Positions 1 through 8,255 of a DNA stretch of 64,000 bases are shown piece by piece. This stretch comes from an uncultured Anaerolineaceae bacterium. GTDB taxonomy: Bacteria > Chloroflexota > Anaerolineae > Anaerolineales > Villigracilaceae. Position 1 is the first letter of the stretch. Each line of letters begins with the position of its first letter. The notes under the pieces are model-generated. The model saw only the letters and a list, made by a program, of their open reading frames with translations. It was not told the DNA's origin and did not search any database. The stretch covers positions 6,914-70,913 of the forward strand of contig CAYLXB010000003.1 of the NCBI GenBank assembly GCA_964387495.1, given 5' to 3'. A program made the position numbers and the translations under genes.

Positions 1-1858
1 CCTGTGCGAGGCGCTGACCGGGGAGGGGCAGCCCGGCGCGGGCAGCGCGCAGGAAACACTGGCCTACCTGGAACGGGCCAACCTTTTCCTGGTGCCGCTG
101 GATGATGAGCGGGTGTGGTTCCGCTACCATCACCTGTTTGCCGAACTGCTGCGGTCGGTGCTGCAGCAATCCCTGGCGGGGCAGGCCCCGGAATTGCACC
201 GCCGGGCCAGCGACTGGTACGAAAGAAACAACATGATCCCGGATGCGGTGACGCATGCCCTGGCGGCAGGGGATGTGGAGCGGGCGGCGCACATGATCGC
301 GGCCAATGTGCTCCTGCTGGTCGAGCAGACCGAGCTCAAGACTGTCCTGTATCACCTGGATGCCCTGTTCGCGGGCAAAAAAGCGGTGGAGAACCCCTGG
401 TTGAACGCGGCTCATGCCTGGGTGCTGGCGTTCTCCGGCGAAGTGGGGCGGGCGGGGCACATCCTGCGGGAGATCGAGAAGGCCCTGCCGGCGGGAAGGG
501 ACGCAGGGGAGAGGAATGAGCTGGAGGGGAACCTGCGGGCGATCCAGGCCTACATCCAGTTTATCGGCGGGCATCACCGCAAGGCTGCCGAACTGGCCCG
601 GAAGGCGGCGGAGCACCTGTCCACGGCCGAGGCGGCTGTCCAGGCGCTCAACCTGACCACGCTGACCAATGCACTCTCGGAACTGGATGCATACGGGGAT
701 GCCATCCAGGCCGGGCAGCAGGCGGTGGAACTGGGCAACGCGGCCGGGCAGGCAGGCATCGTGATGCTGGCGAGCAGCGGCCTGGCTTATGCTTACCGCA
801 ACCGGGGGCAACTGCAGAAGTCGTTCGAGGTGTGTGAACTGGCACTGGAACAGGCGGAGGCATACCGCCGCAAACACGGGCATGACCTGCCGGCGGTGGC
901 AAGCGTGTATGCCTGCCAGGCATACAACCTCTACCAGAAATACGAGTTGGAGCAGGCTTTCCAGCATGCAAAGCGGGGGCTGGCCATCAGCGAGACCTGG
1001 GGGCAGGCGGATACGAAAATGCTGGCTTCGTGGATCATGGCCAGGGTCCTGGTCGTCCAGAACGAGCCGCAGGCGGCGCGGCGGGTGATCGAGTCGGCCC
1101 GGCAGACGGCCGGACGGACCTCGGAATGGTTCGTCAAATTATCCAAGCTGCGGGAGGGGGCAGACTGCCTGAATCGCGGCGACCTGGAAAGCGCCGGGAA
1201 ACTGGCCCGGGAACTGGTGGATTTCGAGGCGCCGTTCGACCTGGAACTTTCCATCTTCTACCCCCTGTGTGTGGGCGTATTGATCGCAGAGCAGAAATAT
1301 GAAAAAGCGCTGCAGATCGTCGATCTCCTGCTGGCCAACCTGGCAAATGCGGGCGGTGGATATAAGGCACAGCTGCTGGTGCTGAAAGCGTGGGCGTGCC
1401 ACGAGAAGGGGGAGGAGAAGGAATCTGTCTCTGTCCTGGAAACCGCACTGCAACTGTCTGAACCCGAACTCCAGGTGGCGCCGTTCATCGAATACTTCCG
1501 GGGTATCGAAGAAGGATTGCGAAGCATGGCCGCCAAAGGAAAGTACAGGGGCATGCTGGAGCGCATTTTTGCCGTCCGGGAGGGACTGGCGGTGCAGGCA
1601 GGAGCGCCGGGACAGGAGAGGAGGAAGGCCGGCGCGTTCCGGCTGGAGGCGGAAATGCCGGTCGAACCGCTGACCGAACGCGAACTGGAGATCCTGCGCT
1701 TCCTGAACAGCCATATGCCGACGCCCGAGATTGCCGAGGCGCTGGCGGTGTCGGTCAACACGGTGCGGACGCACATCAAGAGCATCTATTCCAAGCTGGG
1801 CGCCCACAGCCGGAGCGAGGCGATCGGGCTGGCGAAGCGCTTGAAGATCCTGGGGTGA
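1..1858 (+). CDS. MalT/LuxR-family transcriptional regulator, 5'-truncated by the window edge (C-terminal TPR-like region plus LuxR HTH)
   Basis: The reading frame is open from nt 2 and translates ...LFLVPLDDERVWFRYHHLFAELL, a MalT-type motif. The C-terminus carries a LuxR HTH (EIAEALAVSVNTVRTHIKSIYSKLG). The N-terminal ATPase part lies outside the window. Confidence 0.8.
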   Translation, partial: LCEALTGEGQPGAGSAQETLAYLERANLFLVPLDDERVWFRYHHLFAELLRSVLQQSLAGQAPELHRRASDWYERNNMIPDAVTHALAAGDVERAAHMIAANVLLLVEQTELKTVLYHLDALFAGKKAVENPWLNAAHAWVLAFSGEVGRAGHILREIEKALPAGRDAGERNELEGNLRAIQAYIQFIGGHHRKAAELARKAAEHLSTAEAAVQALNLTTLTNALSELDAYGDAIQAGQQAVELGNAAGQAGIVMLASSGLAYAYRNRGQLQKSFEVCELALEQAEAYRRKHGHDLPAVASVYACQAYNLYQKYELEQAFQHAKRGLAISETWGQADTKMLASWIMARVLVVQNEPQAARRVIESARQTAGRTSEWFVKLSKLREGADCLNRGDLESAGKLARELVDFEAPFDLELSIFYPLCVGVLIAEQKYEKALQIVDLLLANLANAGGGYKAQLLVLKAWACHEKGEEKESVSVLETALQLSEPELQVAPFIEYFRGIEEGLRSMAAKGKYRGMLERIFAVREGLAVQAGAPGQERRKAGAFRLEAEMPVEPLTERELEILRFLNSHMPTPEIAEALAVSVNTVRTHIKSIYSKLGAHSRSEAIGLAKRLKILG

Positions 1859-1895
1859 GGTTTCTCCGGGAGACCATGATTTTCCGGGAGGCAGG

Positions 1896-2666
1896 ATGAA
1901 GTCAAAAGAAGAGATCGTGGCCAATTGGCTGCCGCGTTATACGGACACTCCGCTCGAGGCGTTCGGGAAGTATATCCTGCTGGTCAACTTCGAGGATTAC
2001 CTGCATGCGTTCGCCGGGCAGCACGAAGTCCCCATCCGCGGGCAGGACAAGCCGATGCCGAATGCGACGGCGGAGGGGATCACGCTGATCAATTTTGGCA
2101 TGGGCAGCGCCAACGCCGCCACCGTGATGGACCTTTTGAGCGCCATCCAGCCCAAGGCGTGCCTCTTCCTGGGGAAATGCGGCGGGCTCAAGAGGAAGCT
2201 CAAGCTCGGTGACCTGATCCTGCCCATTGCTGCCATCCGCGGCGAGGGGACTTCCAACGATTATTTCCCGCCCGAGGTGCCCGCCCTGCCGGCCTTCAAC
2301 CTGCAAAAGGCGGTCTCGACCACCATCCGCAACCATTGCCTGGATTACTGGACCGGCACGGTCTACACCACCAACCGGCGCGTCTGGGAGCATGACGAGG
2401 CCTTCAAGGCCTACCTGCGGCGCATCCGGGCCATGGCGGTGGACATGGAAACGGCCACCCTTTTCAGCACGGGGTTCTATAACAAGATCCCGGCCGGGGC
2501 CCTGCTGCTGGTCTCCGACCAGCCGATGATCCAAAGGGGGATCAAGACCGCCGAGAGCGACAGGAAGGTGACGCGTGAATTCCTGGATATGCACCTGCGC
2601 ATCGGGATCGATTCGCTCAAGGAGCTGATCAATAATGGGCTGACGGTAAAGCATTTGCGGTTTTAG
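1896..2666 (+). CDS. AMP nucleosidase-like (PNP_UDP_1 nucleoside phosphorylase fold, short form)
   Basis: 256 aa with GKCGGL and MAVDMETAT motifs, which are typical of the AMP nucleosidase / MTA nucleosidase catalytic domain. An AGGAtg RBS-like sequence sits upstream. Confidence 0.55.
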   Translation: MKSKEEIVANWLPRYTDTPLEAFGKYILLVNFEDYLHAFAGQHEVPIRGQDKPMPNATAEGITLINFGMGSANAATVMDLLSAIQPKACLFLGKCGGLKRKLKLGDLILPIAAIRGEGTSNDYFPPEVPALPAFNLQKAVSTTIRNHCLDYWTGTVYTTNRRVWEHDEAFKAYLRRIRAMAVDMETATLFSTGFYNKIPAGALLLVSDQPMIQRGIKTAESDRKVTREFLDMHLRIGIDSLKELINNGLTVKHLRF

Positions 2667-2732
2667 GTGAGGAGGGCCATCCTGGCATGGCTTCCGGGGC
2701 CGCGAATCGATTTTTTATCCAGCCGTGGATTT

Positions 2733-2738
2733 GTTATA
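2733..2738 (+). promoter_or_regulatory. TATAAT -10 box upstream of the MNT gene (ttgtTATAATtgaatcaccATG)
   Basis: A perfect -10 hexamer lies 11 nt before the ATG at 2750. Confidence 0.4.
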
Positions 2739-2749
2739 ATTGAATCACC

Positions 2750-3139
2750 ATGACGACAGTATCCATGCTCCCTGATTTTGCCCTGCAGCGGCCAGAGACC
2801 ACGCCGGTGGGGTTGAAAGTGCCGGTGGGCAAATCGCTGGGGCCGGCGGTAGCGAAGATTGCAGCGGCTTTGAAGCCCGAGAAGATCATCCTGTTCGGTT
2901 CGTTTGCGTATGGCAATCCCACGCCACACAGCGATGTCGATCTGCTGGTCATCATGAAGACGCGCGCTGCGCCCAAGGACCGCAGTTGGGCTGTTTCACG
3001 GCTGCTGCTGCCGCGGCCGTTCCCGGTGGATATCCTGGTCAAGACGCCCCGCGAGGTCGAGCAGGCGCTGAAGTCGGGGGATTTCTTTATCCGTGAGATC
3101 ATGACGCGCGGCAAGGTGCTGTATGAGCGCAGTGTATGA
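2750..3139 (+). CDS. Minimal nucleotidyltransferase (MNT / Pol-beta-like NTase, PF01909-type)
   Basis: ILFGSFAYGNPTPHSDVDLLV is the classic GS...DxD NTase motif. At 129 aa it is the typical size for the MNT partner of HEPN toxins. Confidence 0.8.
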   Translation: MTTVSMLPDFALQRPETTPVGLKVPVGKSLGPAVAKIAAALKPEKIILFGSFAYGNPTPHSDVDLLVIMKTRAAPKDRSWAVSRLLLPRPFPVDILVKTPREVEQALKSGDFFIREIMTRGKVLYERSV

Positions 3140-3275
3140 CGGGCGACTCTGGAGGATGCAAAAGAAGCCCTGAAAATTGCCGGCTCAATCCGGAAGTTTG
3201 CCAGGGCTTTCCTGGCGGGATGAGGCCGCGGGAAGGGGTTGTTATTTGAATTCGTGATCGGTCTGCTCTCACCGT

Positions 3276-3322
3276 AAACAACCGGCCCCGGAGATCGCAT
3301 CTCCGGGCCGGTTGTTTTTTGT
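3276..3322 (+). terminator. Rho-independent terminator
   Basis: aacaaccggccccggagat-cgc-atctccgggccggttgtt forms a long GC-rich hairpin and is followed by TTTTTTGTTT. Confidence 0.8.
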
Positions 3323-3343
3323 TTATTGGTGTAAAATCGTTTT

Positions 3344-4252
3344 ATGGAGATCGACCTTCAGGTTCGGTTGGCGGCATTCAACTGGCTTTCGGAGCAGGTC
3401 AATTTACATGGGGATGTTTTACCAAGAAAATTGCTCGAGCAGGGGTTCGAATTTCAAGGCCAGCGAATTCCGCTTGTCGCTCCGCAGGGAATTTTCAAGC
3501 CCCAGATCCTGGATTTGCCCCTTTCCATCACAACTGCACCAAAAGGCCCTTATGATGATTACTTTGGGAAAGACGATTTCCTGATTTACCGGTATCGCGG
3601 TGCTGACCCCAATCACCGTGACAATGCAGGGTTGCGGAAGGCTTTCGAGTTAAAACGGCCGCTTGTGTATCTCCACGGCATCGAACCCGGCAAATACCTG
3701 GCGACCTGGCCCGTTTACATTATCGGAGATGACCCGGGCAGCCTGACTTTCAAAGTCGCTGTGGATGATGTCCTGCCAGCCTTTGAATATTCCGCGACAA
3801 GTATTGCGCATCAAATTGCAGAAGTGTCTGATGCACGGCATGCGTACTTGACTTCGACAGTCAAAGTCAGGTTGCAGCAACGGAGTTTTCGGGAGAAAGT
3901 TCTGGATGCTTACAAGTCACAATGTGCATTTTGCCGCTTGAGGCACCGGGAATTACTCGATGCCGCCCATATCATTCCTGACAATTTACCAGAGGGGAAA
4001 TCAACGATCGAGAATGGGCTGTCCCTTTGTAAATTGCACCATGCTGCCTACGATAGTTTTATGATCGGCGTGACCCCTGATTATGTCATTCAGGTTCGTG
4101 AAGATATTTTGGAAGAGGAAGACGGCCCGGTTTTGCAGCATGGCCTAAAGGGTCTGCACAAAACCAAGCTGATTTTACCCAGTTTGAGAAATCACTGGCC
4201 GAGCAGGGATGCGCTGGAATGGCGGTACAGCCGGTTTACAAAGGCGGGATAA
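3344..4252 (+). CDS. HNH endonuclease (HNH_2-type) with an N-terminal SRA/YDG-like domain; candidate Type IV (modification-dependent) restriction enzyme
   Basis: The C-terminal motif is CAFCRLRHRELLDAAHIIP...NGLSLCKLHHAAYD. The N-terminal stretch PKGPYDDYFGKDDFLIYRYRGADPNHRDNAGL resembles the SRA domain core (GGYEDDxDxG..F.YTGsGG). The gene is clearly AT-richer than its flanks. Confidence 0.7.
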   Translation: MEIDLQVRLAAFNWLSEQVNLHGDVLPRKLLEQGFEFQGQRIPLVAPQGIFKPQILDLPLSITTAPKGPYDDYFGKDDFLIYRYRGADPNHRDNAGLRKAFELKRPLVYLHGIEPGKYLATWPVYIIGDDPGSLTFKVAVDDVLPAFEYSATSIAHQIAEVSDARHAYLTSTVKVRLQQRSFREKVLDAYKSQCAFCRLRHRELLDAAHIIPDNLPEGKSTIENGLSLCKLHHAAYDSFMIGVTPDYVIQVREDILEEEDGPVLQHGLKGLHKTKLILPSLRNHWPSRDALEWRYSRFTKAG

Positions 4253-4338
4253 CCCAGTGCCGGGCTTGTATGCGAGGGGGCAATCGCAAAATGTTCAAGA
4301 CGAACCAGTTATTCCTGGCGCTCACTGTGTGATGCCAT

Positions 4339-4798
4339 TCAGGGTTTCTGCACGCGGATCTCATTCCCGTTCACCAGCACGCTCAATTCATCCCCATACT
4401 GGATGCCGGGGATGGGCATGGCGATGACTTCGAGCAGGGAGGGGTCCTGGAAGTGGCGCAGCTTGGTTTCGGGGTGGGGGTAGTAGACCCAGCCGTCGTA
4501 GGCGGCCTGGCGGTGGAGCACCCGGCAGCGGGAGAAGGAGAAGTGTTCCGGGGGGTGCAGGTCGGTCCATTCGACGCTGAGGAAGGTGAATTCCGGTTCG
4601 AGCAGGGTGAAGGTGAAGGGGTGGATGTCGATGTTGAGGGTGCCGTTGAAGTAAGCCTCCAGGTCCAGGCCGCGGGCTTTGAAGAGGGGGCGCTGGCGTT
4701 CCAGCGCGCCGTAGGGGTAGTCTTTGGAGGGGCCGGATGCGACCCGGTAGCCGCGCAGGAGGGTGCCGTGGAGGATGATCCAGTGAGGCTGCATGCCT
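4339..4798 (-). CDS. Conserved hypothetical protein (~153 aa)
   Basis: This is the C-terminal part of a long minus-strand ORF. Its composition is non-shadow-like, with W, H, Y, F and I residues. The start MQPHWIILHGTLLRGY is divergent from the cyclase promoter region. The + strand ORF opposite it is Gly/Val/Ala/Glu-rich and therefore shadow-like. Confidence 0.45.
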
Positions 4799-4932
4799 GG
4801 GAGTATAACGCGTTTGCCGGGGGGCGGTGGCAGGCGGGGGAGGCAGACCCGTTTTTGCACGCGGGTGCAACAAATGAATGAGAAAATCATTATAATGAAA
4901 TTAACAGAGAGCCTTTTCTTTTTGATGGCCGG

Positions 4933-6345
4933 ATGGAGGAGCCATGTACCCTGTTCGAGCATGCCCCCATTTCCCTGTGGGAGGAGGATTACAGCGGCAT
5001 CAAGCGCCTGCTGGATGGATTGAGGCGGGAGGGAGTGCAGTCGCTGGAAGCGTACCTGGAGGCGCACCCGGATTTCGTGGAGCGCTGCATGCACCAGATC
5101 AGGGTGCTGGATGTCAACCAGCAGACCCTGGCCATGTTCCGGGCCGGGTCGAAGGAGGAAATGCTGGCCAGCCTGAAGCGGGTCTTCCGGGATGGGATGC
5201 GGGCGCATTTCCGCAGCGAACTGCTGGCGCACTGGGCCGGGGAACTGGCCTGGTCGGGGGAGGGGGTCAACTACACCCTGGACGGGGAGGCGCTGGATAT
5301 CCTGCTGCACTGGCGGATCCTGCCGGGGTACGAACAGACCTGGGAGCGGGTGCTGGTCACGATCGAGAACATCACCGCCCGCAAACGGGCCGAGAGGCGC
5401 CTGCAGGACCTGTTCTCGGCCGCGCCGATTTCCCTGTGGGAGGAGGATTACAGCGCGGTGCGGGAGTGCCTGGATGACCTGCGCCGGGAGGGGGTGACCA
5501 ACCTGCAGGCTTACCTTGAGAAGCACCCCGAGGTGGTCAGCCGCTGCATGGGCCTGATCCGGGTGCTGGACGTCAACCGGAAGACCCTGGAGCTGTTCCG
5601 GGCCGAATCGAGGGAACACATGCTGGGGAACCTGGACAAGGTCCTGCGGGATGAGATGAAGGTGCATTTTGCCAGGGAACTGGTGGACCTGTGGAACGGC
5701 AAACTGGCCTATGAGCGGGAGGGGATCAATTATGCACTGGACGGCGAGCCGCTCAACATCCACCTGGATTTCCGGGTGATGCCCGGCCACGAGCAGGATT
5801 TCGGCTGGGTGCTGGTGGCCATCCAGGACATCACGGCGCGCAAGAAGGCGGAGGATTACCTGCGTTACCTGGGCACGCACGACGTGATGACCGGCATGTA
5901 CAACCGGGCTTATTTCACCGAGATTTTGCAGCGGCTGGACAAGGAGCAGGTGCGGCCGGTGAGTCTGGTGGTGGCGGACCTGAACGGCCTGAAGCAGGTC
6001 AATGATCTGTACGGCCACCAGGCGGGGGACGATTACATCCGCCGGGCGGCGGAAGTGCTCAAGGCGGTCTGCGACGAGCACTGTGTGGCGGCGCGCATTG
6101 GCGGGGACGAGTTCGCGGTGTGCATGCCGGGGGCAGATGCGCAGGCGGCCGGCGAGGCGCTGGAACGCATCCGGCAGTTGATGGCGTTGAACAACAAGTA
6201 CTACCGCGAGCCCGAGTTGAGCATTTCGCTGGGGGCGGCCACCAGCCAGCCGGACCTGCCGCTGGAAAAGGTGATCAACCTGGCGGACGACGCCATGTAC
6301 CGGGATAAGGGCGAACACTACCGGCGCCGCAGGGAAGACCGGTAG
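4933..6345 (+). CDS. Diguanylate cyclase with two tandem PAS-like modules and a GGDEF domain
   Basis: A ~143 aa module is repeated (APISLWEEDYS...LRREGV...AYLE.HP..V.RCM..IRVLDVN..TL..FRA). The C-terminus carries RIGGDEFAV plus other GGDEF-domain motifs. Confidence 0.85.
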   Translation: MEEPCTLFEHAPISLWEEDYSGIKRLLDGLRREGVQSLEAYLEAHPDFVERCMHQIRVLDVNQQTLAMFRAGSKEEMLASLKRVFRDGMRAHFRSELLAHWAGELAWSGEGVNYTLDGEALDILLHWRILPGYEQTWERVLVTIENITARKRAERRLQDLFSAAPISLWEEDYSAVRECLDDLRREGVTNLQAYLEKHPEVVSRCMGLIRVLDVNRKTLELFRAESREHMLGNLDKVLRDEMKVHFARELVDLWNGKLAYEREGINYALDGEPLNIHLDFRVMPGHEQDFGWVLVAIQDITARKKAEDYLRYLGTHDVMTGMYNRAYFTEILQRLDKEQVRPVSLVVADLNGLKQVNDLYGHQAGDDYIRRAAEVLKAVCDEHCVAARIGGDEFAVCMPGADAQAAGEALERIRQLMALNNKYYREPELSISLGAATSQPDLPLEKVINLADDAMYRDKGEHYRRRREDR

Positions 6346-6383
6346 GTGGACCGGCTCCGCCTTTTGCGCGGCTGCCCGGTTTC

Positions 6384-7100
6384 ATGTACAATCAGCGCAT
6401 GGCTACCGACCTGCTCGAACTGCTGAGGCATTCGGCCCTGTTCCAGAACATCAACACGGCACTGCTTGAGAGCATCCTGGAGCGGGGCATCCGCCGCGCG
6501 GTGGAAGAAGGCGGCTACTTTTTCATGCAGGGGGACGAGGCCGGCCATGCTTACGTGCTGACCGGGGGGCGGGTCAAGATGCTGCAGGTGACCGCCAACG
6601 GGCAGCAGATCGCCCTGCGCCTCATGACGCCGGGCCAGACCTTTGGCGGGATTGCGATGCTCAACCCGGAAGGCGGCTACCCGGCCTCGGCCCTGGCCAT
6701 GCAGGACAGCACGGCGCTGGCCTGGGATACGGAAACCCTGCGCGGGCTGGCCGGGCGGGATGCGACCCTCTCGCTCAACACCATGCAGTTGATGCACGGC
6801 TACATCCAGGAACTGCAGGAGCGCCAGAGCGCGCTGGTCAGCGAACGGGTGGAACAGCGGATTGCCCGCACACTCCTGAAACTGGCTGCCCAGTCGGGCC
6901 GCAGGGTGGAGGGCGGTGTGCTGATCGACCTCCCATTGACGCGCCAGGATGTGGCCGAAATGTCCGGCACCACGCTCTATACGGTCAGCCGGACGTTGAG
7001 CGAATGGGAGCGCCGGGGCCTGCTGAGCATTGGGCGGGAGCGGGTCGAGATCCTGGAGCCGCACGGGCTGGTCCGAATTGCCGACGACCTGGAAAATTGA
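6384..7100 (+). CDS. Crp/Fnr-family transcriptional regulator
   Basis: An N-terminal cNMP-binding-like beta-roll (FFMQGDEAGHAYVLTGGRVKM) precedes a C-terminal HTH (TRQDVAEMSGTTLYTVSRTLSEWERRGLL). Confidence 0.85.
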   Translation: MYNQRMATDLLELLRHSALFQNINTALLESILERGIRRAVEEGGYFFMQGDEAGHAYVLTGGRVKMLQVTANGQQIALRLMTPGQTFGGIAMLNPEGGYPASALAMQDSTALAWDTETLRGLAGRDATLSLNTMQLMHGYIQELQERQSALVSERVEQRIARTLLKLAAQSGRRVEGGVLIDLPLTRQDVAEMSGTTLYTVSRTLSEWERRGLLSIGRERVEILEPHGLVRIADDLEN

Positions 7101-7120
7101 GCGGGAACCCGGAAAGTGGA

Positions 7121-7157
7121 GCGGGCCGGCCTGGATAGGGGCCGGCCCGCTTTTTTT
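7121..7157 (+). terminator. Rho-independent terminator after the Crp/Fnr gene
   Basis: gcgggccggcc-tggata-ggggccggcccgc is followed by TTTTTTT. Confidence 0.8.
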
Positions 7158-7168
7158 GTCGAATTGAT

Positions 7169-7186
7169 CTTTGCGCCAGCGCAAAG
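7169..7186. promoter_or_regulatory. 18-bp palindrome CTTTGCGC-CA-GCGCAAAG, candidate operator
   Basis: The inverted repeat is perfect apart from its 2-nt centre. It lies between the Crp/Fnr terminator and the DUF1858/hemerythrin genes, and TTGATC sits immediately upstream. Confidence 0.4.
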
Positions 7187-7355
7187 ACAGGGCGGGGGAT
7201 GGGGTGTATTCTATGGGCATACAGGGTCCAGCCGATGCGGCAGACCGAGAGCCGGAGATTTTTCGATGAGACAAGGAACAGACAAACACCCCTCCCATGG
7301 GCCTGGAACGGGCCTGAGCTGGGCGGCGGCATGCCCCGGGACGGTTTCGCCGGAT

Positions 7356-7562
7356 ATGCCGGTGGCCTGCCTGCTGGCGGAACGCCCCGGCCTGGTGAGC
7401 CTGTTCATCGAGATGCGGCTGGGCTGCGCCGGTTGTTCCATGGCCAGGTTTTGCAGCCTCAAGGATGTGTGCAGCCAGTATGGGCTGACCCTGACGAGTT
7501 TTTTGGCTGATATCGAGAAAAGGAGTGAATCCCATGAAAGCAACTCAGATTTTGATGGATGA
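7356..7562 (+). CDS. DUF1858 (ScdA_N-like) small protein
   Basis: MPVACLLAERPGLVSLFIEMRLGCAGCSMARFCSLKDVCSQYGLTLTSFLADIEK fits the DUF1858 pattern (P...vf...gl.C.gC....L......G.....ll..L). Confidence 0.6.
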   Translation: MPVACLLAERPGLVSLFIEMRLGCAGCSMARFCSLKDVCSQYGLTLTSFLADIEKRSESHESNSDFDG

Positions 7563-8085
7563 GCACCGCGTCATCGAAAGGGTGCTGGGCGCCATCGAGA
7601 CGGCTGTGGCCAAAGTCCAGGGCGGAGCGGACTTATCGCCCGTGTTCTTCAGCGAGGCGGCGGACTTCATCCGCGGCTTTGCAGATGGCTGCCATCACCA
7701 GAAGGAGGAAGGCGTGCTGTTCAAGGCCATGAACGCCGCCGGGATGCCTGTGGAAGGCGGCCCGATTGGCGTGATGCTCAGTGAACATGAACAGGGACGG
7801 GCCTTCACGCGCGGCATGCGCTCCGCAGCCGAAAAGTGGCAGGCGGGCGACCTGAGTGCCCGGGAGGAGACCTTGCGGAATGCCGCCGGGTATGCCGCCC
7901 TGCTGCGCCAGCATATCATGAAGGAAGACAATATCCTGTTCCCGATGGCCGACCGGGTCATCCCGGCGGGCGAGCAGGAGCGGGTGGAACAGGGCTTCGA
8001 GACGGTGGAGCACGAGGAGACCGGCGAAGGCGTTCACGAGAAATACCTGGCCCTGGCCGACAAACTGTGCGCCCAGGTGGCGTAA
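7534..8085 (+). CDS. Hemerythrin HHE cation-binding domain protein (RIC-like)
   Basis: ILMDEHRVIERVL and HHQKEEGVLF are followed by a second H-containing helix pair (LSEHEQGRAF, IMKEDNILFP). An AAGGAG RBS sits 9 nt before the ATG at 7534; a GTG at 7525 is an alternative start. Confidence 0.8.
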   Translation: MKATQILMDEHRVIERVLGAIETAVAKVQGGADLSPVFFSEAADFIRGFADGCHHQKEEGVLFKAMNAAGMPVEGGPIGVMLSEHEQGRAFTRGMRSAAEKWQAGDLSAREETLRNAAGYAALLRQHIMKEDNILFPMADRVIPAGEQERVEQGFETVEHEETGEGVHEKYLALADKLCAQVA

Positions 8086-8133
8086 GCCGGCGCGTCCGGA
8101 GCGCAGGATGTGAGGAGGATGGCGGGATCGTCC

Positions 8134-8172
8134 CCGGCGCAGGCCTTGCATCCTGCGCCGGGGAGTTTTTTT
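8134..8172 (+). terminator. Rho-independent terminator
   Basis: ccggcgcagg-ccttgcat-cctgcgccgg is followed by ggagTTTTTTT. Confidence 0.8.
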
Positions 8173-8255
8173 GAACAGCTGTCCAATGCGCGCGTGGGCA
8201 TAATCCGGTATACTTGAGCCATCCGCCCGAAACCCAAATCTCAAAAGGACAGTCT

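Noticed and set aside
4799-6318. Upper part of the 659-aa minus-strand ORF
   Set aside because: It is antisense to the PAS-GGDEF cyclase, which has clear motifs on the + strand. Only the 3' portion (4339-4798) has a protein-like composition and is kept as a separate small gene.
7161-7175. FNR/CRP box TTGAT-N4-ATCAA
   Set aside because: Only a single TTGATC half-site is present. The adjacent palindrome has a different sequence (TTTGCGC-N2-GCGCAAA), so I did not call it a canonical FNR box.
6318-7535. 405-aa minus-strand ORF
   Set aside because: It is antisense to the Crp/Fnr and DUF1858 genes and has no domain signatures.
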